DNA of 64,000 nucleotides from an uncultured delta proteobacterium (GCA_963793865.1 CAWCBP010000006.1:32001-96000), one strand, 5' to 3'. Counted from the stretch's first letter, positions 40,515-51,163 are shown. The notes: generated from the sequence alone by a model not told the origin. Made by a program: numbers and translations.

Positions 40515-41786
40515 ATGTTTCAACCCGAATATGAGGCGATGAAACGATCGGATTTGGAGGCGCTGCAAAGGGAGCGGCTCAAGGCAACTCTCGATCGGAT
40601 TTTTTCCCGCAACCCCTTCTACGCGAAGCGGTTTGGCAGCTTGGGACCCGGGGATATTACGACGATTCACGACATCCGGAAATTTCCCTTCATGACCAAG
40701 GATGATCTGCGCGACGCCTATCCACTCAAATATGTCTGCGCGGACCATGCCGGCCTGATGCGCGTCCACATGAGCTCCGGAACGACGGGTACTCCGATCA
40801 TCAATCCTTATACCCGCAGCGATATTGAACAGTGGGGGAATATCATGGCCCGCTGTTACGCGGCTGCCGGCGTCACTTCCCGGGACGTGGTGCAGATCAC
40901 CCCATCATTCGGGCTGTTTAACGGCGGGTTCGGCTTTCATTACGGCGCCGAAAAGCTGGGCGCGATGATCGTGCCCTTCGGCGCGGGCAGAACGCTGCTG
41001 CAGCTCCGGTTCCTGCGGGATTTCGAGGTCAACTGCCTGACCGCCATCTCTTCCTACCCGCTGCGGCTGATAGAGGTTGCCGGGAAGGAGAAATTTGATT
41101 TCCATGCATTGCCGCTGCGTGTGGGCATCTTCGGGGCCGAGGTCTGGAGTGATGAGATGCGCTCGCGCATCGAGGAGAAGATGGGGATTAAGACCTTTGA
41201 CATAATCGGGATGACCGAAACCGGAGGCGTGGGGCTCGGCATTGACTGCGCGGAACACCGCGGCATTCATGTCTGGGAGGACGATTACCTGGTCGAGATC
41301 ATCGATCCCCTGACCGGAGAAGTTCTTCCGGACGGCAGGGAAGGGGAGATGGTGCTGACTACGCTGAACCGGGAAGGACTGCCTCTCATCCGCTACCGCA
41401 CCCGGGACATCACCTCCATCATAGGCAGGGAACCCTGCACCTGCGGCAGGACATCTCTTCGCGTGAGTCGCCTGAAGGGAAGAAATGACGACATGCTCAA
41501 GATTAAAGGGGTAAACTTCTACCCCCTGCAGCTTGAAAGCATCCTGATGCAGCGGGATGAAATCGGCAATCATTACCAGATCGTGCTGGAAAAGATCAGG
41601 GGAAGGGATACCATCACGGTGATGGCGGAAACGGGCGGACCGGTGAGCGCGGATCTATCGGAGGAAATCTCCACCGAAATCTACGACCTGCTGGGGTTTC
41701 ATATTGACCGGCTTGAATTGCTCCCCGAGGGGACCATTCCCCGCGTGCCCGGCAAAGCCGTCCGGGTGGTTGATAAGAGGGCATAG
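40515..41786 (+). CDS. paaK: Phenylacetate--CoA ligase
   Basis: HMSSGTTGTP, GLFNGGFGFHYGAE, IRYRTRD, GRNDDMLKIKG, GKAVRVVDKR. Confidence 0.9.
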   Translation: MFQPEYEAMKRSDLEALQRERLKATLDRIFSRNPFYAKRFGSLGPGDITTIHDIRKFPFMTKDDLRDAYPLKYVCADHAGLMRVHMSSGTTGTPIINPYTRSDIEQWGNIMARCYAAAGVTSRDVVQITPSFGLFNGGFGFHYGAEKLGAMIVPFGAGRTLLQLRFLRDFEVNCLTAISSYPLRLIEVAGKEKFDFHALPLRVGIFGAEVWSDEMRSRIEEKMGIKTFDIIGMTETGGVGLGIDCAEHRGIHVWEDDYLVEIIDPLTGEVLPDGREGEMVLTTLNREGLPLIRYRTRDITSIIGREPCTCGRTSLRVSRLKGRNDDMLKIKGVNFYPLQLESILMQRDEIGNHYQIVLEKIRGRDTITVMAETGGPVSADLSEEISTEIYDLLGFHIDRLELLPEGTIPRVPGKAVRVVDKRA

Positions 41787-41828
41787 GGATGACATCATGA
41801 ATCTATTTGCGAATCAAAGGAGGGTTGT

Positions 41829-42314
41829 ATGAAGAAATCATTTTTCACCGCTTTCGTTTTATGCTTCAGCCTGGTTTTAATTATGCAGACGGCTCTGCCC
41901 CGGCAGGCTGAAGCAGGGCCCATTAAGAGCATTGTACTGTATATTCCTAATCGTGTGTTCGATGTTCTTGATATTATCCGCCTGCGCCTGCGGGTGGGAC
42001 CGGGTATTTCAGTCGGTGTGCATGCGACAAAAGTGGCAAGTCTGTTTTTGGGTACCCATACCACGGTGTGGGCGGGACTTCACGGGCCGCGCGGCGAAAC
42101 TGTCATTCCCTGGCCTGCCGGCGTTGAAAGCCGTTCGGGTGTACAGGTCGGGCCTATTGACCCGTCGGTGACGGGATGCTACTACGATCCTCTCGAAATT
42201 GGTCTTGAACTGCAGCCCTTGCTTATCGGTCTGAATTTTGGCATCGGGCTGTTTGAAGTCGTCGATTTTGTAACGGGGTTATTGTTCATTGACCTGCAAG
42301 ATGATGACTTCTGA
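41829..42314 (+). CDS. Exported hypothetical protein
   Basis: AGGAGG RBS, signal peptide, YIPNRVFDVLDI..DLQDDDF. Confidence 0.72.
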   Translation: MKKSFFTAFVLCFSLVLIMQTALPRQAEAGPIKSIVLYIPNRVFDVLDIIRLRLRVGPGISVGVHATKVASLFLGTHTTVWAGLHGPRGETVIPWPAGVESRSGVQVGPIDPSVTGCYYDPLEIGLELQPLLIGLNFGIGLFEVVDFVTGLLFIDLQDDDF

Positions 42315-42428
42315 AAAACACATATGGCAATTTAATGAAATTAGAATATTTCCGAGGGTGTACATCACGGCAGTGAGAGGGTTTTATCGCAGGTGATGCT
42401 ACATCGTAACGAGATCAGACAGATTGCG

Positions 42429-42476
42429 AAACAGCCCCCCAGTCTGCTTGCAGTGGACTGAGGGGCTGTTTTTTTT
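42429..42476 (+). terminator. Rho-independent terminator
   Basis: aaacagcccc..cagtc..gactgaggggctgtttttttt. Confidence 0.8.
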
Positions 42477-42684
42477 AACAAAAGGAAATAGGTATTAGAA
42501 AAGCAATCTTATAATACCTGTCTGTGCTTGGTGGTTCAGAGATAATGGTAGTAGTATAGAGAATTGAAGCACCGGAAATTACACAGGATACGGAATGAAT
42601 CTTATGTATCCGCTATAATTCAGTATTTTTGGTATATGGTACACTACCTTCATTTGAGCCACAATCATATATGAGTATCAAAGC

Positions 42685-42735
42685 AAAAATCAGGTTTTTC
42701 GAAGTTAAAAATCAGGGTTTTTCCGATTGCTTTTT
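42685..42735 (+). promoter_or_regulatory. Tandem imperfect inverted-repeat operator (NarL/LuxR-type-like), also present at 55142-55188
   Basis: ttttcgaagt..aaaatcagggtttt(t/g)cc(g/t)attgcttttt shared by two kinase leaders. Confidence 0.6.
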
Positions 42736-42763
42736 CTATATTGTTGGGAGTATAAATGTTTAA

Positions 42764-42893
42764 TATACAGCGACAAAGCCAAACCTCGAGTAATCGAGGG
42801 ACGGAAAGCCACAGTTCTATAGCAGATGTTGAATCTATGTAGCAACGTGCTTTTGGTAAAGGGGTTTATAGAAAGCTGGACTGCCGAGTGTAT
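42764..42893 (+). ncRNA. c-di-GMP-I (GEMM) riboswitch
   Basis: cgacaaaGccAAACC-tcga-GTAA-tcga-gGGACGGAAAGCC..ctggactgCCGA; GNRA-capped P2; overlapping terminator 42880-42927. Confidence 0.9.
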
Positions 42894-42947
42894 GTGCAAT
42901 AGAAGCATGCTTGGCAGTTTTATTTTATAATCCAAATTGGTTAAGTG

Positions 42948-44503
42948 ATGGTAATGCAAAATAACAATGAAAATAAAGATATGAAATCAAGAGCCAATTC
43001 CAAAGAGAAATTTAAAAGTTTGAAAAGTCAAATCGCTCAGCACATTCAAGAAGCTGAAATGTTAAGGACAAGCGAGAAAAAGTATAGAACTCTCCTTGAA
43101 AACCTACCACAGAAGATTTTTCACAAGGATAAAAATTCAGTTTATATCTCTTGTAATAAAAACTATGCTAACGATTTAAAAATTACTCCAGAACAAATTG
43201 TAGGTAAGACAGACTATAATTTCTACAGTAAAGAGTTGGCTGAAAAGTATCGAGCAGATGATAAAAGAATTATGGAGAGTGGTACTGTAGAAACTATTGA
43301 AGAAAAATATACTATAAATGGCAACGAAACAATTATCCAAACAGTTAAGGTGCCACTTAAAGATGACACAGGAACCGTAATAGGTGTATTGGGTATCTTC
43401 TGGGACATTACTGACCGTAGGCAAGCAGAGGATAGCTTAAAAAGATCAGAGGAAAAATTCCACAAGCTAATAGAACATGCTAATGATGCCATTGTTTCTG
43501 TAAATACAAAGGGCATGATAATTGGTTTTAACAAAAAAGCAGAGGAAATGTTCGGGTACTCCCGTGAAGACGTGTTGGGCAAGTCCTCTTATATGCTTAT
43601 TTCTCACCGAAACAAAGATTTTTTTAAAGAAGCAATTGCACATTTTGCAAAGACGGGGCACTTCTCTCGTCAGGGGGTCCAATATCCTGGAAGGGAGAGC
43701 CGTTAAAAAGGGAGGGGAAGAATTTCAAATGGAGTATTCGTATTATACAATAAATATCAAGGGAGAATTCGTTTCTACGGCTATCATGCGTGACATTACT
43801 CAACGTAAAATTTCAGAGCAAAAACTCTTTGAATACCAACAGAAACTCAAGTCGTTGGCCTCACTATTAACGTTGACTGAGGAAAAAGAACGCAAGCACT
43901 TTGCAGAAATATCTCCATAATGAAATTGGTCAAAATTTATTTGCCATACAGTTGCAGTTGCAGTTACTGAAGACCTCTTTGTCCTCAGCGGATGATATCA
44001 AAACCATAGATAAGATACTGAATAACCTCAAACAAACTATTAACCATTCCCGTTCTTTGACCTTTGAGCTTAGCCCTCCTATTTTATACGAGCTTGGTCT
44101 TGAGAAAGCTCTTGAATGGCTTGTAGAAGAAACATATAAGCAGTACAATATTGTGGTGGCTTTATTAGATGATAAAAAGGAAAAACCGTTAGATGATGAT
44201 ATGAAAATTTTCATATACCAAGCCGTACGTGAGTTACTCACTAATGCAGCGAAACATGCCCAGGTAGAAAAAATAATTGTGTCCATTAAAAAGCATAATT
44301 CCGGCATGGAAATCTGTGTTGAAGATGATGGCGTTGGTTTTGACCCCTCACGTTTGGATGCCTTGAATACCATGGAGGATGGATTTGGACTTTTTCATAT
44401 TAATGAACGGATAAAGCAACTCGGAGGTGAGCTTAAGATTAAATCCCAACCAAATTGTGGTGCTAAAATAACGCTGACAATACCCCTTAAAAACAATACA
44501 TAA
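42948..44503 (+). CDS. PAS-PAS HisKA_3 (NarX/UhpB-type) sensor kinase, two +1 homopolymer frameshifts (~43656, ~43907)
   Basis: PAS domains; ERKHFAE/YLHNEIGQNL H-box; ELSPPILYELGL; NAAKHA, DDGVGF, GFGLF. Confidence 0.85.
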
Positions 44504-44734
44504 TAATTGCATTTCAATATTTATTTACATTGCTAATTTATTTAAAAAGATGCCGCAGATTGTGGTTTCACCTTGACTGCCAAAATTCACAGATTCTGCA
44601 ATGAAGAGAGATAGCACAAGGCAATTATGGTTGTGTTGCGGTATGTAATCTGCGGTATCGGGATTTTTGATATAGCTTGCAATAACCTTAAAGAAACATA
44701 ATTTTCGGAGTTTGTTAGGTGGAGATGTGCGCAC

Positions 44735-44939
44735 TTAATTATTTGCTGCAAAAGGATAGATAGTACAAGTCCCTTCCTTTGGTTTACGCCTCCCTGATTT
44801 CCAATTATGACATGGTTGACTCCGTGACCCCTAATTTCTCTGCAAGTTCAGCTTGCCTTAATCCATTAAGCTTTCGATACTTTCTAATGATTTCTCCAAA
44901 GGAGTGTGTCGGATATTTTGAAGTTAAAACCTTACACAT
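44735..44939 (-). pseudogene. XRE-family helix-turn-helix gene with one frameshift
   Basis: FGEIIRKYRKLNGLRQAELAEKLGVTEST / NWKSGRRKP; absent from ORF track. Confidence 0.7.
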
Positions 44940-45162
44940 GAATAATTATAAGCTCTTGAGGTGCTGGAGATTTTTATAAGTATGATAAACTTATGCATCA
45001 TTATGGATACCATCATATATCGTGCCAATGTCCTGCAGCATAATATTGTCTCACTACAAAAACTTTCCTATACTTTCCCCACCAAAAATTAAGTTTTATC
45101 GTAATATTGTCGATTAAATAATTCTTATATATTTTCAGCATTCAAAAATGGGGAGGCATTCC

Positions 45163-46254
45163 ATGGCTGCACTAGACAGTCTTTTTAAGAAGGCAGTAGA
45201 TAATAACGCTTCGGACGTTCATGTATATCCAAACGAACCTTATATCATAAGACAATTAGGTAGACTTCAAAAAATAGGAGAAACCCCGATCTCCTCCGAG
45301 TATTGCAGAGAACTAATTCTTGAGCTTCTTGACGAAGTTCAAAGGGAAAAGCTTTCACAGGATTTTCAGCTCGATTTTGCCTATGAAACACCTGAACTTG
45401 GCCGGTTTCGGGGAAGTGCGATGATGCATCGAAATGGACTGAGTGCAGCATTTCGGCTTATTCCCGCTCGCATTCCCACATTTGAGGAACTTGGTTTATC
45501 GGAGACAGTTACTAAAGTTTTGAATAATCACATGGGATTGATTCTGGTGACCGGTGCTACAGGTCATGGTAAGTCAACGACTCTTGCTGCTATGATAGAT
45601 TATATTAATACCCATCATTCGCACCATATACTTACTATAGAGGATCCTATTGAATTTATTCACCCTTTAAAGCGGGGAGTAGTTAATCAGCGACAACTGG
45701 GTGTAAACACTCTGTCCTATGCAAGTGCATTAAGGGCTGCGCTGAGAGAGGATCCAGATGTAATAATGATAGGGGAACTGAGAGATCTTGAAACAATATC
45801 ACTTGCTATATCGGCCGCTGAAACCGGACATCTAGTGTTAGGGACCCTTTCTACCTCAAATGCCCCAAAGACAATTGATCGTATCATTGACTCCTTTCCA
45901 CCAGGAGAACAAAACCAGATACGTGCTATGTTAAGCGAATCCCTTAAAGCAGTGATTACTCAACGTCTTATACCGGGAGTTAATAACGATAGAATGGTTT
46001 TGGCACTGGAAATACTTATTGGAACGCTTCCCGTATCAAACCTCATTCGTGAGGGCAAGACATTTCAAATTCCTTCCGTGATGCAGACGGGAAAGGGGAT
46101 AGGGATGCAGGTTATGGATGATTCAATTTTTACATTGCTTCAGGAGGGGAAAATCAGTGCAGAAGAAGCATCGATCAATGCCAATAACAAGAACCGTTTT
46201 AAGGAGTTTGTGGAAAAAGGAACACAGCTCAGAGTGACAGCAAAATCAATGTAA
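45163..46254 (+). CDS. pilT: Type IV pilus retraction ATPase PilT/PilU family
   Basis: ASDVH, GATGHGKST, TIEDPIE, ALREDPDVIMIGELRD, NLIREGK. Confidence 0.92.
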   Translation: MAALDSLFKKAVDNNASDVHVYPNEPYIIRQLGRLQKIGETPISSEYCRELILELLDEVQREKLSQDFQLDFAYETPELGRFRGSAMMHRNGLSAAFRLIPARIPTFEELGLSETVTKVLNNHMGLILVTGATGHGKSTTLAAMIDYINTHHSHHILTIEDPIEFIHPLKRGVVNQRQLGVNTLSYASALRAALREDPDVIMIGELRDLETISLAISAAETGHLVLGTLSTSNAPKTIDRIIDSFPPGEQNQIRAMLSESLKAVITQRLIPGVNNDRMVLALEILIGTLPVSNLIREGKTFQIPSVMQTGKGIGMQVMDDSIFTLLQEGKISAEEASINANNKNRFKEFVEKGTQLRVTAKSM

Positions 46255-46390
46255 CTCAGGATATGCATAGTCGTCCACTGCGGATTGAAAGTCATTACTA
46301 CAGCACTTTTATCATTGCAGTTTTTGTGTCTTATTACGGACACATCGGTACAATCTAGGTTAATAAGCTGTGAGAGGGAGTATAGTTATT

Positions 46391-47464
46391 ATGGCTAAAA
46401 TAGACACCTATTTCAGAGAATTAAAAGAAAGAGGGGCAAGTGATCTCCATATGGTTGTTGGTTTTTCCCCTATACTTCGCCTCCATGGGGAATTGCAGCC
46501 AACAGACCATCCTGTTCTTACAGCAGAAACAAACTGTGAAATTCTATTCGAGATACTGAAACCAGAACAGCAGGCGCACTTAGAAAAAAACCGTGATTTT
46601 GATATGGCCTATGAACTGGGAGATGAGGCACGTTTCCGCTGTAATTTTTTCTATCAGCAGCGGGGAGTAGGTGCGGTATTCCGCATTATTCCAACCAAAA
46701 TCTTGACGTTAGAACAACTAGGCTTATCCGAAACATTAAAGACGATAGCCATGTTCAAACAGGGACTAGTGTTGGTAACGGGTCCTACAGGAAGCGGAAA
46801 GTCAACCACGCTTGCAGCAATAATTGATTACATCAATGAAAGTCGTGATGCGCACATTATTACCATTGAAGACCCTCTGGAGTTTGTTCATTCAAATAAG
46901 AAGTGCCTCTTTACACAACGTGAGATTGGAACTCATGCCAGAAGTTTTGCAGATGCTCTCAGAGTCGCAAGCAGAGAAAATCCTGATATTATTCTTGTTG
47001 GTGAAATGCGTGATCTGGAAACAATATCTCTTGCCCTTACCTGTGCAGAACTCGGTATTTTGGTCTTTGGCACACTACATACCAATAGTGCATCAAAGAC
47101 GGTTGATCGTATAATTAACGCTTTTCCTGCTGAACAGCAGGAACAAACACGGACAATGCTCGCTGATTCTTTGAAAGCTGTGGTAGCCCAACAACTGCTT
47201 AAAACCAAAGATGGTAATGGCAGGTGTGCAGCAAATGAAATTCTTATAGGATCTCAAGCATTAGCCAGCATGATCAGAGAAAAGAAGATATCACAGATTA
47301 ATTCACTTATTCAAACAGGAATGAATGACGGAATGCAGACCATGGATCAACATCTTATGAAGCTCATAAAAGAGGCCAGGATAACTCCCCAAGCGGCGTA
47401 TGAAAAGGCTATAGATAAAAATATATTTATCAATCTGCTCAAGGAACCTCCCGTGACTGGATGA
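46391..47464 (+). CDS. pilT: Type IV pilus retraction ATPase PilT family (second copy)
   Basis: ASDLH, GPTGSGKST, TIEDPLE, RENPDIILVGEMRD, GTLHT, GMQTMD. Confidence 0.92.
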   Translation: MAKIDTYFRELKERGASDLHMVVGFSPILRLHGELQPTDHPVLTAETNCEILFEILKPEQQAHLEKNRDFDMAYELGDEARFRCNFFYQQRGVGAVFRIIPTKILTLEQLGLSETLKTIAMFKQGLVLVTGPTGSGKSTTLAAIIDYINESRDAHIITIEDPLEFVHSNKKCLFTQREIGTHARSFADALRVASRENPDIILVGEMRDLETISLALTCAELGILVFGTLHTNSASKTVDRIINAFPAEQQEQTRTMLADSLKAVVAQQLLKTKDGNGRCAANEILIGSQALASMIREKKISQINSLIQTGMNDGMQTMDQHLMKLIKEARITPQAAYEKAIDKNIFINLLKEPPVTG

Positions 47465-47563
47465 GAAGTAGGTATTAAAAGAGTTATACCTACAAACATA
47501 GAATACGCTATTGAATATTTAACTGTTGCAGATATACCCAGATTTTACGAGGAGAAAATCATT

Positions 47564-48016
47564 ATGAGTGAATATCCAAAGCAGGACAAGAAGGTAATAC
47601 TGTGTATAGCCAATAACATCCGGATAACAGGTAAGATTAATATAGTTGGTCGCAGTACATTTAAACATCTAGAGGATTCTGCTCATGATATTGTGATGTA
47701 CGATACTTGTACCGAGGATGGTAAGGAGCACAAAACTTTGTTGGTGTCAAAAAGCCAGGTTTACTGGATTGACCCTGTAGATGATACGGCGGAAAAACAG
47801 AATATGGGAAAATGGAAGCAAGTAAAGTTAAAGCTTACAAATGACCAGGAAATAACAGGCGAAGTTGACATTACCGGGTTTAATAGAGTATCTGATTATT
47901 TTTTGGCATATTCCAAAAGGTTTTATGAAATTTATGAGTGTAGCATAGCTGATAAAAAGTATGATCTCTTGTTCGTATCTTCCGAGCATGTGTTGTGGAA
48001 GGAGCCAATCGATTGA
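47564..48016 (+). CDS. Hypothetical protein with internally duplicated ~70-aa domain
   Basis: AGGAG RBS; ITGKINI..VSKSQVYW versus ITGEVDI..VSSEHVLW. Confidence 0.75.
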   Translation: MSEYPKQDKKVILCIANNIRITGKINIVGRSTFKHLEDSAHDIVMYDTCTEDGKEHKTLLVSKSQVYWIDPVDDTAEKQNMGKWKQVKLKLTNDQEITGEVDITGFNRVSDYFLAYSKRFYEIYECSIADKKYDLLFVSSEHVLWKEPID

Positions 48017-48862
48017 ATTAATTAACGCAGATTGGTGTGTGTATAAAAAATTCTTTCGTTAGGTGTACTAAAAGAAAGGTAGGACTTCGGCTCTGCCTTT
48101 TGTTGTATTACATGTCAACAATTGGGCTTAGTACATCAGTACAGCTAATATAAATTTTTGCAGGGGTATTTTTGCTATTATCTTGCGAAGCCACTGCTGG
48201 CACTCAGAGCAAATAGGGAAATAACGTCGCTTTAATAATCTAATCTCTAGGATATTCATTTTTTTGCTGCAAAAGAAGCACTTCAGTTTTTTATTATTCA
48301 ATACCATCACCCCCCATCGGGGAATAGTAGTAGAATAATGTTTTGCCAGTCAGCGTTTCTCCTCCTCTTGCACCCCATCAATAAAACCGTTGCCCAAAAC
48401 TATTGAGGGGTCGTTAATTTAGCCTTTTGCCTCTTTGACTAGTTTGCTCATCTTTAAGAATATCTATCTTTGGAATAGTGACTTCCAAACAGTGTAAGTG
48501 CTTTTACCGTTCATGCATAAATCATACCCTTCCTTTAGATGCCCAAATAGCTTAAATCACCATTCTGCAACCATACACAGTGACAATTAGCGGAATGTTA
48601 GGATAAAAAAATGTCATTGCAATATTTCAATACATTGTAGTTAAAATGGATGTGAGTTTGGAGCTACACAGCAATCAGGATTTTCGACAAGAAACCTTTT
48701 TCTAACAATCTTCTTATTGCACTGATCATCCAATCCCTTAGCTCGTTTCAAGTTACCACCCGATAATAAATAAAGAGATGCTAAGTGAATACTAAAGTAA
48801 TCACAAGGTATAGACGATAAAAAACATGTGTGCCTGTATTTGCACAGAGGAGGTTATTGATA

Positions 48863-49210
48863 ATGAGTGAGTATTTAAGCGGTGCTACAAGACTATTGAA
48901 AAATATGGAAACCGTTCCTAATAGAAAGGGTCGAGAACGGAGGTTACATCCACGGTTTTATGTACACCTAGCTACGAAGTTGGAATGTGGAAACATATTA
49001 TATAAAGGCACTATTGTAAATATAAGCAAAAAGGGTTGCCGTGTTAATACTGATAGCCCAATTCGTTCGGCCACCAATCAGGTAAGCCTTAAGTATACAT
49101 TACCGGGAGAGCTGGATACTAGAAATGTCAAAGGTGTGATTAAATGGACACATCAAACGGAAAATAGTTTCCTGATCGGTATTGAATTTCAAAAACTGCA
49201 AAACCTCTAA
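48863..49210 (+). CDS. Stand-alone PilZ domain protein
   Basis: RERRLHPR (RxxxR) and NISKKG (D/NxSxxG), C-term IGIEF; AGGAGG RBS. Confidence 0.88.
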   Translation: MSEYLSGATRLLKNMETVPNRKGRERRLHPRFYVHLATKLECGNILYKGTIVNISKKGCRVNTDSPIRSATNQVSLKYTLPGELDTRNVKGVIKWTHQTENSFLIGIEFQKLQNL

Positions 49211-49320
49211 GGTTCTAGCCCGGATACATTCAAGTGCTTCAATTGTCCTAAACAACACGTGACTTGACATTGGCTAGATCCCTTGGCTGCCAATGATGTT
49301 GACACCGCCATAATATTGAT

Positions 49321-49377
49321 TCAGTTTTTCTTCCTTTGCTAACCCCTTCAGTAGTCAATCCTGAGGGGGTATTTTAT
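49321..49377 (+). terminator. Terminator of a repeated family (also 60821-60880, 63481-63540)
   Basis: accccttcag..ctgagggggtatttt. Confidence 0.7.
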
Positions 49378-49445
49378 ACACTCGCAACGGCTGATAGATT
49401 GCAAAGTGAAATGAAGTAGTCAAAACCAGCTTCAACCTATGTTAT

Positions 49446-49560
49446 GAGCCTTCCACAATTGGCGTATAGCGAGAGATTAAGATTATCTTATAGATGATGA
49501 TTTTTATAGTTGTTTTTGTGTGGCAACAAAAACCATAACTTGAGTTGGGAGTTTTTGTTT
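49446..49560. repeat. Dispersed ~110-bp repeat (copies at 60644-60752, partial 54891-54925)
   Basis: gagccttccaYaattggc..gagagat..tttttgtgtggcaa..cataacttgagttgggag. Confidence 0.75.
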
Positions 49561-49690
49561 AGTGTGAAAAGTTGCTCAGATTGTTCTGACGTAGTCCTGG
49601 TTAAATCGGGTTCCGGAAGAAGCCCATTCAATAATCCCCAGAAATTTATTTATTGTAAGAAGAGTCAATCAGTGGTAAAAGTCAAATAAA

Positions 49691-49807
49691 ATATAGCGAT
49701 AAAGCCAAACCCCGAGCAATCGAGGGACGGAAAGCCACAGTTCTATTGCTGTTGTTAGAACGTGCTTTTAGATTTGGTTCAATAGAAGGCTGGACTGCCG
49801 AATGTAT
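49691..49807 (+). ncRNA. c-di-GMP-I (GEMM) riboswitch, second copy
   Basis: gcgataaaGccAAACC-ccga-GCAA-tcga-gGGACGGAAAGCCacagttctat..atagaaggctggactgCCGA; terminator 49794-49842. Confidence 0.9.
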
Positions 49808-50037
49808 GAGTCAAACAATACAACGGCAGTTTTTTGTTTTTCTAGCATTACTATAATGAAAAGAACATCTGGCATAGTGCCATTTTGTCCCAAACACAAG
49901 TTTCTGAGTTGCAGGTTATCATTCTAATGCTCTTGACAGCAGTAATAATCCGCACATTAGTTACGGCAGTTACTCCAATGGCACCGAAAATTTAAAATAT
50001 GCTTGTTTTAACGATTCCAATAACAGTGAGGTGCGTT

Positions 50038-51147
50038 ATGCAAAAACATCTATCGAGTATTATTTTCAGTATTCTCTGTATCTTTCTTGTGCCGGTGACA
50101 GGGCTGCCCTGCACAACCTTTGTGCTTGATAACAATGGTCAGCCGGTATACGGAAAGAATGCGGACTGGCAGCCGCCTATACCAAGCTTTGTGATTGTCA
50201 ATAAGCGGGGGGTCGCAAAAACATCGGCTTTTTTACCTCAAGAGCCCTATGCTATACCTATCAGTTGGACATCCCAGTTTGGCAGTGTAACATTTAACTT
50301 TTATGCGCGAGAATGGCCTTTTGAAGGAATAAATGAAGCAGGGCTTTTTATATCAATGCAGGGAGGGGAGGGGCGTGCAAAAGACGCATACCCTGAACCT
50401 GATTCGCGGACACCAATAGGGGCGTATCAATTGGTTCAATACCAGCTTGACAACTTCAGCACGATTGATGAGGTCATAGCAAGCTTTCAGAGCATACGAA
50501 TCCCCAAGCCTCGAGAGGATTCCCCGATACCGTTTCCTGTTCATTGGTTGGTAGGCGACAGCAAGGGAAAATGTGCAAGTATTGATTTTGTTGATGGCAA
50601 AATGGTCTGTCATACCGGTTGGACTATGCCGGTTAAAGTGCTTGCCGGAAGTACCTATGATCATTCCATTGCCTATTTCAGGCGGTTCCGATTAATTAAC
50701 ATATTTTTCCCGATTCCTATTCCTGAGGATAAAACAAATTCTTTGCTCAGATTTGCCGTGGCAGCTGATATGGTGAAAAAGTACCGTTCGCAAAGTTCAG
50801 GGCCTGCTGTTGATTATGCATTTCAAATTTTAGAGGATGTTGAAATGAGCCCTACCTCTCATTCGGCACTGTGGAGCGCCGTTTATGACAACGTAAATAA
50901 GCAGATACACTTTCGTTCCTGGAACAATGACCAGATTCGCTCGATTGATCTTGACGCACTTGATTTCTCCTGCACCACACCGGTCAAGGTATTGGACGTA
51001 AGCGCTGACCTGTCAGGTGATGTATCAAACAGCTTTGTTGATTATACGAAAGACATTGACCTTGAGATGCTTAACTCCTGGGGGTTGTCGCAAGCAGCAA
51101 TAGACTATATATCTTCCTATCCTGATACAACGGTCTGCACTGAATGA
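50038..51147 (+). CDS. Secreted linear amide C-N hydrolase (choloylglycine hydrolase/penicillin V acylase family)
   Basis: Signal peptide then CTTF nucleophile; GKNAD; GINEAGL; QYQLDNFSTIDEV; WSAVYD. Confidence 0.85.
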   Translation: MQKHLSSIIFSILCIFLVPVTGLPCTTFVLDNNGQPVYGKNADWQPPIPSFVIVNKRGVAKTSAFLPQEPYAIPISWTSQFGSVTFNFYAREWPFEGINEAGLFISMQGGEGRAKDAYPEPDSRTPIGAYQLVQYQLDNFSTIDEVIASFQSIRIPKPREDSPIPFPVHWLVGDSKGKCASIDFVDGKMVCHTGWTMPVKVLAGSTYDHSIAYFRRFRLINIFFPIPIPEDKTNSLLRFAVAADMVKKYRSQSSGPAVDYAFQILEDVEMSPTSHSALWSAVYDNVNKQIHFRSWNNDQIRSIDLDALDFSCTTPVKVLDVSADLSGDVSNSFVDYTKDIDLEMLNSWGLSQAAIDYISSYPDTTVCTE

Positions 51148-51163
51148 TTTTTAATAAGGAGGA

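Noticed and set aside
4404..41573. Long antisense/alternative-frame ORFs (e.g. 4404-5183, 7536-8315, 14929-15807, 27629-28654, 40905-41573)
   Set aside because: Shadows of well-supported genes in GC-rich DNA, with no motifs.
42315..42480. attL copy of the tRNA-Leu 3' end at the left island boundary
   Set aside because: No TGGTGCCGAAG-like duplicate found by eye.
43640..43920. Programmed frameshifting or phase variation in the kinase
   Set aside because: Runs are only 3-4 nt, and similar indels occur in many unrelated genes, so sequencing error is more parsimonious.
45012..45028. Sigma54 promoter (TGGCACG on minus strand) for the XRE gene
   Set aside because: The -12 element lacks the conserved GC (ATGA instead of TTGC).
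48128..48310. 60-aa CxxC..CxxC ORF as a zinc-finger gene
   Set aside because: Short, AT-rich, no recognisable family; cannot be supported without a homology search.
42764..49807. 3',3'-cGAMP (GEMM-Ib) specificity for the riboswitches
   Set aside because: Both have G, not A, at the Vc2 G20-equivalent position; not excluded experimentally.
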